Below, in pieces: positions 50,480-64,000 of a DNA stretch of 64,000 nucleotides. The translations under genes were made by a program, and so were the position numbers. The DNA is from Carcharhinus amblyrhynchos. Lineage: Eukaryota. How positions within the stretch are numbered: the first letter of the stretch is position 1; each line of letters starts with the position of its first letter. The notes under the pieces are model-generated. The model saw only the letters and a program-made list of their open reading frames with translations. It was not told where the DNA came from and searched no databases. The DNA is taken from NCBI GenBank assembly GCA_965287045.1, contig OZ336887.1, forward strand, positions 30,876,001 through 30,940,000, written 5' to 3'.

Positions 50480-52460
50480 TCAAAATAGTGGGATGGCAGG
50501 GCATTAAATTTCTATGGAATTCTGTTCCATGTGGAAACAATACTATACACCTTGTGCCTTGGATGTGCAGGAAATGTCACTGCAGGCTTCAGCTTGAAAC
50601 CAGCTGGTGTCACTACAGTGTATTGTGAGCTATGTAGATAGCACATAATGAGCAATCACGGAGGACAAGGCAGGAGTCCCAAATGCATCTCACTCTCCGG
50701 TTAGGTCACTTCTGAATATTACCATCATTGCTCTGGCTACACTTCTGAGATGAACAACGTCCACAGCATTACACTTAGTTTAGCTATATTGGAGAGGGGG
50801 CAGAAGGAAGATTGGAAAAGCAACAGGAATAGGGATTTGATATTTAGAGGAACAGACCAGCATTTCTGCAGCCACAGACCTTAGTCAAGGGTGTTATGTT
50901 GTCTTATTGGTGCCAGGGTCGAGGGTGTCACTGAGTGGCTGCAGAACACAGAGGAGGGAGGATGAGCAGTCAGAGGTCATGGTCCACATCAGTACCAATG
51001 ACATAGGTGGAAAGAGGAATGAGATCCTGAAAGCTGCCTAAGATAGCTAAGAAGATGAGCAAGTAGGAACTCAAAAGATATTAATTTATGTATTACTCCC
51101 GATGCCACTCGCTAGTGAGTATAGGAACAGAAGGATAGGAGGGATGAATATGTGGTGGAGAGATGTTGCTGGAGGGAGAGTTTTAGATTTCTGGGACATT
51201 GGGAGCTGTTCTTGGGAGCTCTCATCAGGGCATGATGAATATCCTTGCACAAAGGTTTAGTAGTGCTATCTAGGGGGATCTGAACTGACTTGGTAGGGGA
51301 ATGGGAAGTAGGATGTAGCAGCAGTGACATTAAATCATGTGAGAAAAGGGATTCGGAGAAATAAAGAGTAAGAAATAATAAGATTTAAGGGGTTAGAGAA
51401 ATGTAATGCAACAAGGTCTAAATTTGGTTTAGTGTGCATACCTGTAAATGCACAAAAGTAAATAAGACAAAAAAGTTCAGGCACAGGTAACCACATGGGG
51501 ACAGTGTTGTAAAAAGAACAAGATTGAGTTCTAAATATTCCTAGATAGAGGGGTGAAGGACAGAATCAAGTGGAGAAACAGCTGAGGTACTGTTATATTA
51601 TTGGGTGTTCCACAGGCCACCAACTAGCAGAAATTATGTAGATGAGCATATTCACAGGAAATTAAAGAGAGGTGTAAAATCTATGGCGTAATGATAGCGG
51701 GAGACTTTATTCTTATACAAACTGGAATAGTAATTGTGTAAAGAGCAGGGAGAGGAAAGAATTTTTGAAGGGACTTCAGGAAAATCTTGTTGACTTATGT
51801 TTCCAGTTTAACAAGGGAGGAGATATTGTTGGATCAGTTTCAGAGGAATGGCTGGGTCAGGTGGATTAGGGAATATTTAGGGGACAGTGATCAATTGCAT
51901 TGTACATTCATGGTTAGCTTTGGAAAAGGGACTAACCTCAATGGTATGAGAACAGATTTGGCCCAGGTAAAATGCGTCAAAAATTGGCAGGCCAAACTGT
52001 AACAGAACAATGACCTGCATTTAAAGAGATCATTTGAATACAGTTGAGGTACGTTCCTATGAGGGAATTGAGAGCGGGGGCAATCAAAGCCACAGCTTCC
52101 TCAATGACAAAATAGAGAATATCAAAGAGAAATTAGTAACATAAAAAGGAAAGAGGAAGCAGCAAGACATGTTAGGGACCAAAAAAGTGAGGTACTAAGT
52201 CAGAATTTTGTGTATGTATTTATCAAGGAAAAATGGTGAATGAGAAAGAATTCACGATACTGATTGTGCTAACAACTGAGAAATGTGAGGTATCAGAAAG
52301 GCTGTAAAGTTCAAACACATCCAAAAATGCTAAAGGAAGTAGGGATGGAAATTGCAAAGGCACTGACCATAAACTTTCAGCCCTCTTTAAATACAGGAAT
52401 GGTGCCAAGACCTGGAGAATTTCATGTTACGCCTGTGCGTAAGATTCTGATCTGGAAACC
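50480..52460 (+). mobile_element. Old, heavily deleted CR1 (ORF1 and ORF2 remnants)
   Basis: Similar to 12040-16410 (ctgttccatgtgg, ggtccacatcagtaccaatgacataggt). Confidence 0.7.
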
Positions 52461-52490
52461 ACAGATAGGGAGACTAGGTCACAAGCAATG

Positions 52491-53232
52491 AACATAAGGA
52501 CATAAGAAATAGGAGCAGGAGTAGGCCATCTAGCCCTTCGAATCTGCCCCACCATTCAATAAGATCATGGCTGATCTGAAGTGGATAAGTTCCACTTACC
52601 CACCTGCTCCCCATAACCCCTAATTCCCTCATCTATCAGAAATCTATCTACCCGTGACTTAAACATATTCAACGAGGTAGCCTCCACCACTTCGATGGGA
52701 AGAGAATTCCAGAGATTCACCACCTTCAGAGAAGTTCCTCCTCAACTCTGTTCTAAACTGCACCCCCTCCCCCCACCTTATTTTGAGGCTGTGCCCTCTA
52801 GTTCTGGTTTCCTTTCTAAGTGGAAAGAATCTCTCTACCTCTACGCTATCTAGCCCCTTCATTATCTTGCAAGTCTCTATAAGATCCCCCCTCAGCCTTC
52901 TAAATGCCAATGAGTATAGATCCAGCCTATTTAATCTCTCCTCATAAAAGCTAACCCCCTCATCTCTGGTATCAGCCTGGTGAACCTTCTCTGTACTCCC
53001 TCCAAGGCCAATACATCCTTTCACAAATAAGGGGACCAAACCTGCATATAGTACTCCAGTTGTGGCCTCGCTAGTGCCTTGTACAGTTGCAGCAAGACCT
53101 CCCTGCTTTTATATTCTATCCCCCTTGCTATAAAGGCTAATATTCTATTTGCTTTCTTGATCACCTGCTGCACCTGCAGACTGAGTTTTTGTGATTCGTG
53201 CACAAGGACCCCCAGGTCCCCCTGCACAGTAG
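52491..53232 (-). mobile_element. Young CR1 3' fragment
   Basis: QGDLGVLVHESQKLSLQVQQVIKKANRILAFIARG; cataaga tail. Confidence 0.95.
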
Positions 53233-53859
53233 CAATGGTTTAAAGCAGACAAAAATTTAGATGATACGTAAGAGAAACAGGAAAGACATGACCAATAACA
53301 GATTAACTGGTTTTCTGGTCCTGAATTTGTGTGTGGGTGTTTTCTGTTCTCAGGCTTCTTAAGTTGACTGAAATGCCAGGTTAAAGTGAGCATGGATCCA
53401 GTTCAAGAAGCTCTGCTCTGTCCGAAGCAATATTTCACTTTTGGTTGTCTGTTTATATATTTATTTTGTTTCCATGGAACAGGTAAGTATCTCGTCAATC
53501 ACATATTTCCAAACACAAGGGAAGAGGGGCCAAGGTAGAACCTTCTTTCAGCCTCCTATTGCTCTGGGATCATCTTATTGCTTGTTTGCTAAGAACATCT
53601 GACTGATGGGCACAAGGATCCATCTTGCAAGCCCAGAAATGTCCATATAAAAACCTGTGCCTTCGTGATCTAGATAGCATTCTTCTGGAGAACAATGGCC
53701 AACTGACTGTTGTGGTTTTGTTACTCTTGGATTTGGGGTAAAGATAAACTTTATTGCTTAAAAAAACCTAAACTATCTCAAAGCTATTAATTACTTCTAG
53801 CATTTTTATAAATTTTAAAACTACGTACTTATAATTAAATTTTCTTTTCAAAAAAAATG

Positions 53860-54840
53860 CAAGGATAAACCCAACAACTGCAGGCAACTGAGCTTAACTT
53901 CTCAGTGGTGGGAAAATGTTTTGAAATGATCATCCTGGACAGAACTGAGTCACTTGGTTAAGGGTGGATTAATTAAGAAAAGCCAGAAGGGATTTATTAA
54001 AGGCAAATGGTGCTTAACTAAATGGATTGTGTTTTTTGATGAGATAACAGAGTAAGTTGATGGAGTAATGCAGTTGATATAGTGTTTATGGATTTCCAAA
54101 GGGCATTTGAAGGCCATGTAATAGACTTTCCAGAAAAATTGCAATTCATGGAATGGAAAGGACAGTGACAGCACAGGCAAGAAGTTGACCGAGTTCCAGA
54201 AAATAAAAATGGTGTACATCGTAGGGTTCTGGAGAAGTTAAAAGCAGGATTCCTGGTTTTCTTGATCCATAGAAGATGGTGCACAGGACAAAATTTACAC
54301 ATTTGCAGATGGTACAAAGCTTGTGAACTATGAATACAGTGATAGACTTCAAAAGAACATGGACAGAATGGTAAAAGGGCCAACACATGGGAAACGAATT
54401 GTAATGCAGGGAAATGTAAGATGATATATTTTAGTAGGGAGAAGGTGGAGAGACAATATAAGAGGGGGTATAGACTTTAGTTGCATGGACAGATTGGAGA
54501 AGCCGGGCGCTGTTTGTAGAAATGAAAAAAAATTACAGGGTTTGCAAAATCATGAGAGGTCTGGACAGAATAAATAGGGAAAATGGTCTCAGTTGTTGAA
54601 TGGTTAAGAGCTAAAGAGCATCCGTTCAAGGTGATTGACCAAAGGAACAATGGTGACATTGGAAAACGTTTTTTTACCCAGCCAGTGATTTGGATCTAGA
54701 AAGCGTTGTGAAAACAGATCTAAAAAGGAATTTGATAAGCATCTGGAGAACAAAAGAATAGCCATGGAAAAAATGGGTTTCGGTGATTTGCTCCTGCACA
54801 GTATGAGCACGGACGCGACGGGCCGAGTGGCCACTTTCTT
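53860..54840 (+). mobile_element. Old CR1 RT fragment
   Basis: ggataaacccaacaactgcaggc and tatggatttccaaagggcatttga (about DFQxAF), followed by a 3' tail. Confidence 0.7.
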
Positions 54841-56495
54841 TGCTTTACTCATAATGACGGCCGAGGTGGGGGGTATCACAACGTGCTTCTGTTTGTAATT
54901 CGATTGCGTAAAGGGCTTTTTGTGGTATTCTAGACGCTATGCCGGCCTGCCGGCGCCAGAGACTCCGGATGGCCCATATTATTCTATCAATTACCTGCTC
55001 TCAGGCCACAATGTCAGAGGCTGGAGGGATGCAGTTTGTAAGGAGCTGGAGGCTACCGGAGCCACAGGGAAGCGCGTTCGCTGCCTGCCCCTGGATACAG
55101 CTAACGAGGGCTCGTCTTGTGCACCATTCAATGTTAAGTAAGCATGGAGAATTACTACAATCCCGAATGGCTCGGAGCCAACTAAGTCTGTTGTTCGACA
55201 AGGGCGCTTTTTCTTCTTGCCTTTCCCTTTTAAAAATGATGAGGGTTGAGATTTATCGGCTGATTTGTTTTTCGTTCCATTTGAGGAGGGCAAAGGACTG
55301 GAGTCAATCGAGAGCTAATCGGAAAGAGTGTTTTCACATTTCATTCAGGTTTCATTTAATTGGCAATAATGAGAAAACATCATTTCTTAACTCTCCCAAA
55401 CTGGTTGAACTCGCTGCTTTTATCCCAGGAAATATTAAGACCACAATCTTTCAACCTTTTTCTATTTATTCATAACCTGTTCCTGACATCTACATGCAGT
55501 GGTGCTACCAACTGTAATATTCCCCACTACAATCAGTAATGTTGCGTTTCAGGAAAAAAAAGGCAAATTTTAAGCTGAATTACACGTTTTTATTTATTTC
55601 TCAAATGGGATTTTACTTAATTCATTTAGATTTTGCCCTCCGCTAACGGCAGATCTCGGTGAGAGGGTTGAGAGACACTGTTGGGAAAATTTACAGCACT
55701 CCTCCAGCCATTCATCCCAAATTACCTGGTCCTTGTTTCATTTCCATACTTTCTTCCCCTATTTTACCCTTTTACTATGATTTTTCTCGTATCTCGACCT
55801 CACCTTTCGTTCCAATTAGGCACAGAAAATCTGAATTGTTCACGCATCTCTGCATAAAATATTTAATTTGCGTACTCTAAGTCCTGTTACTATCAACACT
55901 TGTCAACTTTATTTACAGCTAAAAACGTCTGAGTCTATATCTAGTTGCTATGTAAACTTATTCCCATGTAATTGCACCATCAGGCATCCGGTGGCGCTCT
56001 GTTCACAACATCTACATGCAGTGGTGCGTCCTGAATTTCCTCAACTGTTCTTCGTCAGGAACTGAATTTTCTAATTTCCAAAATACACGTTTGAACTAGA
56101 TTCAAACAAAAATTCAAAATGGTGTATTCACATGATCAAACGTATCCATTGTATTATCTTCGTTTGCCTGCTTTAAATATCTTGCTCATCATAGAACCAT
56201 GCAGTGGTAGAAGAACAGAAGGTGGCGGTTCAACCAATGGCAGCATGCAAGCTTTCTGCGAGAACAACTCAGTCCCACTCCCCAGCCTTTGTAGTCCCTT
56301 TGAAAGCCACAATCGAATCAGGCAGTGCATTTCAGATCCTAACTACATACTATATTTTTAAAAAAGGTTTTCCTTTTGTCTTTGGTTCTTTTGCCAATCA
56401 CCTTAATTCAGTGTCCTTTGGTCCTCCACTCGTCTGCCAATGAGAGCAGTCTTCCCAATCTACTCTGTCCAAGCCTCATATCTATCAAACCTCCA

Positions 56496-56797
56496 GGCAG
56501 CATGGTGGCACAATGGTTAGCATTGTTTCTTCACAGCGCCAGGGACCCAGGTTCAATTCCCAGTTTAGGTCACTGTCTGTGCGGTCTCTGCATGTTCTCC
56601 CCATGTCTGCATGGGTTTTCTCTGGGTGCTCCGATTGCCCCTCAGTCTAAAAGACATGCTGGTTAGGTGCATTGGCTATGCTAAATTCTTCCTCAGTGTA
56701 TCCAAACAGGCACCAGAGTGTGATGACTGGGCAATTTTCACTTCATTGCAGTATTAATGTAAGCCTACTTGTGACACTAATAAATAAACTTAAAAAC
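56496..56797 (+). mobile_element. V-SINE, full length
   Basis: ggcagcatggtggcacaatggttagca...gggacccaggttcaattccc...aataaataaacttaaaaact. Confidence 0.9.
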
Positions 56798-59299
56798 TTT
56801 CAATTTGCTTTTCTCCAAAATGGATAGCCTTGGGATCTCTGACCTCTCAAGATAACAGAATTCCTTCATCCCTGGAATCATTTTCATAATTCCTTTCACA
56901 TCCTTCCTAAACTGTGGTGTCCAGAATTCAGCATAATACTCCAGTTGAGGCAGAATGAGTGTTTTATAAAAGGCAACCATAATTTCCTTGCCTTTGAACT
57001 CTAAAACTATCTAAAACCCAGTATCCCATATGCCTTTTTTGCCTTCCCATATGCCCATTTAATTACTTTTTTCAACCTGCCTTCCCATCTTCAGTGATTT
57101 GTGTGCATATAACCCCAGGTTCCTCTGCTTCTGCACTTCTTAAAATTGTAAACTTTATGTTGTCTCTCCTCTTTCTACTGACCAAAACGTTTTTCACACT
57201 TCTCCCCACTAAATAATGTCTGCCACATAATTGCCCATTGCACCAGCCTGTCAATGTCCTCTGAAGTCTACCACTATCCTCTTCACAGTTTATTTCTAAG
57301 TTTTATGACATCTGCAAATTTTGATATCGTGGCCCCACACAAAATTTAGGTCATTAATATAGATTGAGAAAAATGGTCCTAATAATAACTCTAAGGAACA
57401 TACATCTACCTTCTTCCAGTCTGAAAACAACTATTCACACTACTGTTTACTGACACAACCAATTTCACAGCCAAGCTATCACTATCTCTATCTCTGACCT
57501 TGGTGTCAAACCTGTTATGTGGCACTTTATCAAATGCCTTTTGGAAGTCTGTGTACACTACATCAACCTCAATCCATACTTTTGCCAAGTGACTTAATTT
57601 TGTCCCAAATTGGAAGAGCTCTTCCTATCTGAAAATGACAGAGCCCTTTGTGTGAATGTATTTTTTTTGCAGACAGAAGGAGCATGTCCACACATTACAG
57701 TACAGCCTTCTCTAACTAAACACATTTCTAAGAGCTTTCCTACTGCAGGAGGTTAAACTATCTGTCCCTTAGTTGATCAGTTTATCCCTGCACCTTTTTA
57801 AAAATAAAATTTGCAATCATCCAGTCTTCTGGCAACATCACAGCACCAAAGTAGGATTGGAAGATTATTGCCAGCGTTTCCATAATTTTCACCCTTACTT
57901 CTCTTGGACGTATCTCATCTGGTCCTCAAGACTGATCAAATTTAAGTATATCCACTTTTTCTATACTGCCTTTATCAATGTTTAGCCCATACGGCATCTC
58001 AACTACCTCCTCTTTCACTACCATTTTGGCAGCATCTTCTTTCTTGGTGAAGACTGATGCAAAGCACTCATTTAATACCTCAGCCATGCCCCTGCTTCCT
58101 TATATAAATTCCTTAAGTTTCTAAGCAGTCCCACGCCTTTTACTATTTTATATGCCTATAGAAGACTTTGGATTCTCTCATGTTAGGTGCCAGTCTCCTC
58201 ACAATCTTTGCTTCTCTTATTTTCCATTTCCTCTTTGAACCTTCTGTATTCAATCTGGTTCTCAACAATGTTATCCATCTGGCATTTGTCATACATGCCT
58301 TTTTCTCCTTCATCTCACACTTTATCTGTTATCAGGGAGCTTTGGATTTGTTTGCCCTACCTTTCCCCCTGTAGAAGTCAATTAACAAAATTGGACAGCC
58401 CACATGACATTGATCTTGACACAAAATGAGAACATGTAAGAACATAAGAAATAGGAGCAGGAATAGGCCATTTGGCCTTTCTTGCTTACTTCAACATTCA
58501 ATAGGATTACTGTTGATCTGATTGAGGCTTTAACTCCACATTCCTTCCAGACCCCCATAACCCTCAAGTCTTGTGGATCAAAGATCTGTCTAACTCAATT
58601 TTGAATATATTCAAATCACCCAGTTTCCAACGCTCACAAGGGTAGAGAATTCCAAAGATGAATAATCCTCTGAGATTTCTCATCTGTTTTAAATGAAAGA
58701 TACCTTGTTTTGGAACTATGTCCTCTTGTTCTGCATTCCCTTTGTTTAAATAATATTCTGCCACTCTATTCTTCCCACCCACATGGATATTTCTCCACAT
58801 TATACATCTTGCATAAATCCTCTTTTTCCCCATTCAACTAATCCATATCTCTTTGCAGACTCTTTCCTATTCATAACTTGCTTTCCTACCTATCCTTATA
58901 TCGTTAGCAGATTTGGCTACAAAACTCAGTCAATTCACCCAAATCATTGATAGATTGCAAATAGTTGAGGCCTTGACACTCTCCTAACTACAGTTTGCCA
59001 AGTTGAAAATTAACCATTATTCTTAATTCTGTTTTCTGTTAGCCAACCCTCAAATCCATGCTAATATATTAGTTCCAACACCATAAGATCTTATTTTGTG
59101 TAGTAACCTTTAATGTGACACTTTATCACCAGTAGATGTAGTGTAATTGGATTATCCACTGGCTCCTCTTACTTCCCCTTGTTACATCCTCAAAGAGCTC
59201 TAATAAGTTAGTCATAAAACAATGTCAACTCTGCTTGTGTGCATTCTGATTTTAGTAAGTTGATTGATTAATTAATTAATTAAGTGTCCTGCTACTTAC

Positions 59300-59856
59300 T
59301 ATTAGGGACCAGATCAGAAACTTGAAGCTATGTTATGAAGCTAGACTAGAGCCCAACTATTTTTGATTTTGGTATTAATGTGGGCATAAGGTGCTACACT
59401 CCTGGTGTGTCTAGAAAGTTTTTACTAAAACAAATTTTATTTAACAAACACTTTAACTATAATAAAAAAATTGGCATAACTTTGATCAACTGAAATACCT
59501 AAGTATGATAAGTTATAATTCTTAACAGCTAGTTATCACTATTGGTTCCAATTTAAGTAATATTCATCATAGACATACGCCTCTTCAGAATCAGTTAGCA
59601 AACAGGCTTACGAGGGTTGCTAATCTTCCAGCCTTTTAACACAATTGTACAGAGAGACTCTGACTGCAGCCGTTTTCACACAGCAGAATTTGAGAAATCA
59701 TCTCTTGCCTTTTGCTGATCTCTGGAGAGAGAAACCTCTTTTCTACCAGGTCCCAGACTTTAATTTCCAAAGAGAAAAAAAGCTACTGTTACATTCAAAT
59801 TCAAACAGCAACTGCCTGCTTGTCTCTCTACGCCTACCTCTCACCCATTAGCACAT

Positions 59857-59915
<59 letters not shown>

Positions 59916-60075
59916 AACCTAATTAAAGCCTATTTAAACCTTAGGAGGCATCAGTAAAAAAAATAACAAAACTGCATTAATTCAGATTAAAACAAACACC
60001 CCAATAATTAGGAGCAATTGCTCTTCTGTGGGCTCAGCATGTGAGCTGCAGAGTATTGTAATCAGAGCTGCAGTA
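59300..60075. mobile_element. Truncated solo LTR related to 21793-22952, containing (CA)n at 59859-59911
   Basis: Colinear similarity: ttagggaccagatca, ttttgattttgg, caaattcaaacagcaact, cagattaaa. Confidence 0.75.
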
Positions 60076-61839
60076 AGATATTAGGTCTAGGGGACTTGTC
60101 AAACTTTAGTCTTGTTCATTTTCCAATTCCTTTCTTTTGGTGATAGTGATTGTTTCAAATTTCTCTTTTCCTTTCGCCCCTTGACTTTGTACTTTTTTGT
60201 GCTTTCTAGTGTGAAGACAAACAAAATATTTGATTCAAAGTATCTGGCATTTCCTTGTTTCACTTCATTAATTCTTCTGCCTCATTCTCTAAAAGACCAA
60301 TGTTAACTGTTGCTGCTCTCATCCTTTTTCTATACTGATTGAAGCTCTTAATGTCTTTTTATATTTATTGCTGGTTTACTCATTCTAAATTTTCCCTTTT
60401 TCAGTCATTCTTTGCTGGTTTCTGAAATTTTCCCACATCTTTCCCAATAATCTTTGCTATTTGAATTGTCTTTCTTTCAATTTGATACCCTCCTTAACTT
60501 CCAGGTTAACCGTGAATGGCACACCTTTCTCATTGAGTCTGTCATTTATATTCCATTGAGACTTCGAGTTGTGAAATATCTCCTTACATGTCCACCACTG
60601 TTTTACCTTTTAACCTATTTTTCTAATCCACTATAGCTGATCCTGTCTTCATACTTTTGTAACTGCCTTTATTTACATTCGACACTTAATTTCACACACG
60701 GTTTCTCATCCTCAAACTAATTGTGAAATTCCATCATGTTATGATCATTCTTGCCTACAGGATCCTTTACAATGAGATCATTAATTAATCCTTATTAAAT
60801 ATTATCAGGTCTAAAGTATCCTGTCCTGAGGCTGATTCCAGAATGTACCATTCTAAGAAATTATCCCAAATAGTCTTGAGGATGAGCTCAGTACATCTTT
60901 TGTTAATTTGATTCATCCAACCCATGTAACAATTAAAATTGGTCATAATTATTACAGTACCTTTCTTACTCTTGTTCTGCAGTGTAGCTACTGTTTGGGG
61001 GCCTACAAATTATTCCTATGTGTGACTTCTTTCCTTTACTATTCCTTATCTCCATCCAAACAGATGCTACATCTTGATTTTCTAAGTGCAAGATCATTTT
61101 GCACTATTGTATTGATCTCGTCCTTATTAGTAGAGCTACCCCACCTCCTTTTACTTTCTTCCTATTCTTCTGAAATGTCAAACACTCGAGAGGGAGAGAG
61201 AGAGAGAGATGGTAATCAGTTTCCAGCCTTGATCACTTTGTAAACATTTATACAATGGTTCTCGTACTATACCAATTTACTTGTGTGATCAATTCAACCA
61301 TCTTGTTATGAATACTGTGTGCATTCAGATAATCTTTAATCTATTTTTAAAAACTGTTTCTTCTACTCTGACATCACTTGTACCCTTATGTTTAAATGCT
61401 GTGTTCCTTTGTGTCATATTGGTTATCATTTCCAATATCACTACTCTGTGCTATTTTGTTCTTTTTCATCAACTTTCTAAACCTCTCCTCACATGAATCC
61501 TCCCCCCACAACTTAGTTCAAAGCCTTCACTGCAGCCCTGATTATATGATTCATCAGGACACTACTGAGCGTAGTGCAAATGAAAGCTTGCTCCTTTTGT
61601 CAGAATTGGTGCTAGTGTCCCAGGAATTAAAGTTTTTTAAAAATTTATTTATATGTCACCAATGAGACTTACATTAACACTGCAATGAAGTTATTGTGAA
61701 ATTCCGCTAGAAACCTATTTCTCACGTTAAACTCTCTAATTTTATTTACCCTATGATAATTTACTCAAGGCACAGGTAATGTCATGATGGCCATGGGAGA
61801 TTGTCCCCATAGGCTTCATAGAATATGAGTTCCTCTATT

Positions 61840-62730
61840 AGGTGAGTCAAGGCTGGTGGTGTTGTGGATAGTCTGGAGGGATGTCAGAAGTTGCAGCGTG
61901 ACAATAGATAGGATGCAAGACTGGGCGGAGAAGTGGCAGATGGACTTCAACACGGATAAATATATAGTGGTCCATTTTGGCAGGACCAATGGGATGAAGG
62001 AGTACAATAAGGGTAGGACTCTTAGCAGTGTTGAGGAGCAGAAGGACCTTGGGGTCCGGGTCCATAGGACTCTTAAAATCAGCCTCACAGGTGGAGGATG
62101 TGGTCAAGAAGACGTATGGTGTACTGGCCTTCATTAATCGAGGGATTGAGTTTAGGAGTTGGGAGGTAATGCTGCAACTTTATAAGACCCTTGTCAGACT
62201 CCACTTGGAATACTGTGTGCAGTTCTGGTCGCCTCACTACAGGATGTGGAAGCTATTGAGAGGGTGCAAAGGAGATTTACAAGGGTGGTGCCTGGATTGG
62301 GAGGTATGCCTTATAAAGATAGGTTGAGGGAGCTAGGTCTCTGCTCCCTGGAGAGACGAAGGTTGAGAGGCGACCTGATAGAGGTTTATAAAATGTTGAG
62401 AGGGGTAGATAGGGTGGATTCTCAGAGGCTATTTCCCAGGGCTGAAATTGTCTCTATGAGAGGACACATGTTTAAGGTGCTGGGGAGCAGGTACAGAGGA
62501 GATGTTAGGGGTAAGTTTTTCACTCAGAGGGTGGCGAGTGAGTGGAATCGGCTGCCGTTGGTGGCGGTAGAGGTGAACTCGCTGGGGTCTTTTAAAAGAC
62601 TTCTGGATGAGTACGTGGGATTTAATGGGATTGGGAGTTATAGATAGTTCTATGGCCTGGTAGGAATGGATATGATCAACGCAACTTGTGGGCTGAAGGG
62701 CCTGTTTGTGCTGTAGTGTTCTATGTTCTA
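61840..62730 (+). mobile_element. CR1/HER1-like 3' fragment
   Basis: QLYKTLVRLHLEYCVQFWSPHY and LERRRLRGDLIEVYK; tail gtgttctatgttcta. Confidence 0.92.
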
Positions 62731-63112
62731 TGGCTCGTCCAATAGGGAAGGAGTAGCGGGGGTTTATAAGCAACTGATTCCACTCAGGCCAGCAGTTGAA
62801 AGACTCGGGATGATCTGTACTCCATAGCCACTGAACAGCAAACTGAACACACTATAAATAAAGTGTGATTGGTGATGCAAGATTGGCCTTGCTAAGATTA
62901 TTACAGGTAACAATCCAATAATTATTTCTTTTGTCGCGCTGCTTTTTAAATTTAGCTCCTAGCTGCTCATACTCATTTAACAAAATCCTTTTTAAAAAAA
63001 ATCCTACCTATGTTGTTAGTACCCACATGGGTCAATGACAACTAAATCCCTACCCACCAACTCCAAGTTCTTCTCCAACCCCAAGGAGATGTTCTTAAAA
63101 GCTCTTGACCAG

Positions 63113-63113
<1 letters not shown>

Positions 63114-63152
<39 letters not shown>
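63114..63152. repeat. (CA)n microsatellite
   Basis: Read directly from the sequence. Confidence 0.95.
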
Positions 63153-63154
<2 letters not shown>

Positions 63155-63690
63155 TGGCTATAAGAGACTGAAAATTCTGCAGCAAGTAATCTCCATACTC
63201 CCTGCTACATGCCTGGATGGCTGCAGCTCCAACAACACTGAACAAGCTCAACTAGGACAAAGCAGCAGCCCACTTGATCACCACCCCATCCACCTTAAAA
63301 CACTCATTCCACAACTGGCTCACATGGTAGCAGTGTGCAAGATGCACTGCAGTAATTCACCAAGGCCCCTTCAACATCACCTCCCATAGCTATGACATCT
63401 ACCATCTAGAAGAATAAGGGCAGCATCACATAGGAACACCACCACTGTAAATTCCATTCCTGAGTTTCCCAAGTGTAAGCCATTCTGGATTGGAAATGCA
63501 TCACTATTCTATTACTATCACTGGATCAAAATCCTGGCATTCCCTTTCAGCACTGTGGCCATACCTGCACCACAGGGACTGCAGTAGTTCAAGAAGACAG
63601 CTCACTACCACCTTTTCAAGGATAATTAGGGATGGTCAACAATTTCTCACCTAGCCGGCAACCCTCACATCTATGAATGAATGAAAAAGA
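63150..63690 (+). mobile_element. LINE (L2/CR1-group) 3' end of a different family
   Basis: gcctggatggctgcagctccaacaacact...aattagggatgg...atgaatgaatgaaaaag. Related pieces near 25200-25520, 39330-39650 and 40470-40880. Confidence 0.55.
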
Positions 63691-64000
63691 ATTCCTACGA
63701 TGTATTTTTGATCTCAGCATCTTGGAGAGAATATGCTCTGTCATAGCTTCATTTTCCCATCTAATCTCTTTTGAGTCATCAGATGAGGGCATTGCTAATT
63801 AAACATTGCCATTACTCCAACAGCTGGGCTAACACTTAAGATATACAGTATTAGATGATCACTGTTGGCCAGAGCTCTGTACCCAGGACAAACCAACATT
63901 TTCAGTAAGGCAGATAGCTTGAGAGCAAATTTTAAATTATTTAAATATGTTATTGAAATTATTATTCAATTAATAACTTGCATTGTGACTGTGGGAGTGT

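Larger units (their letters stand above)
56190..61640 (-). mobile_element. Stack of old reverse-strand CR1 copies
   Basis: [17 protein letters not shown] (57406-57588) and FYKTLILPQLEYYAEFW; 3' tails at 56190 and 58430. Confidence 0.75.

Noticed and set aside
54939-55475. 178-aa ORF as a host exon (for example ankfn1-like)
   Set aside because: No recognisable domain or clear splice structure. I found no second host gene, though small exons cannot be excluded by eye.
56496-56570. tRNA gene
   Set aside because: tRNA-derived SINE head that continues into the V-domain; no complete cloverleaf.
21793-60075. The two related LTRs as ends of one 38-kb element
   Set aside because: The first LTR has its own TSD on both sides, so it is a solo LTR.

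Overview
Eukaryotic DNA, most likely a shark or other elasmobranch, judged by eye from HE1-like V-SINEs, CR1/HER1-like LINEs, Deu-domain SINEs and a 68-bp tandem repeat. The only intact host gene is an intronless noggin2 (9390-10034, minus strand). It lies in a transposon-poor, CpG-rich island (about 6.5-12 kb) with a near-perfect RFX X-box and two tandem-repeat arrays upstream. The remaining ~52 kb upstream is mostly transposon debris, with a few repeat-free CpG-retaining patches that look like developmental enhancers. The main finding is a Gmr1-like Gypsy LTR element (29381-38672, minus). Its pol is cut just after the first RT motifs and joined directly to a spliced RPL19 mRNA copy that runs almost to the PPT and 3' LTR, a candidate capture of a host mRNA by an LTR retrotransposon. 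That element is part of a four-level nest: Penelope > Gypsy > GC-rich element > CR1/V-SINE chimera. Penelope-derived termini also carry minimal hammerhead ribozyme motifs, one with an intact core (25918-25954). Repeat boundaries and family names are by-eye estimates; no database search was run.
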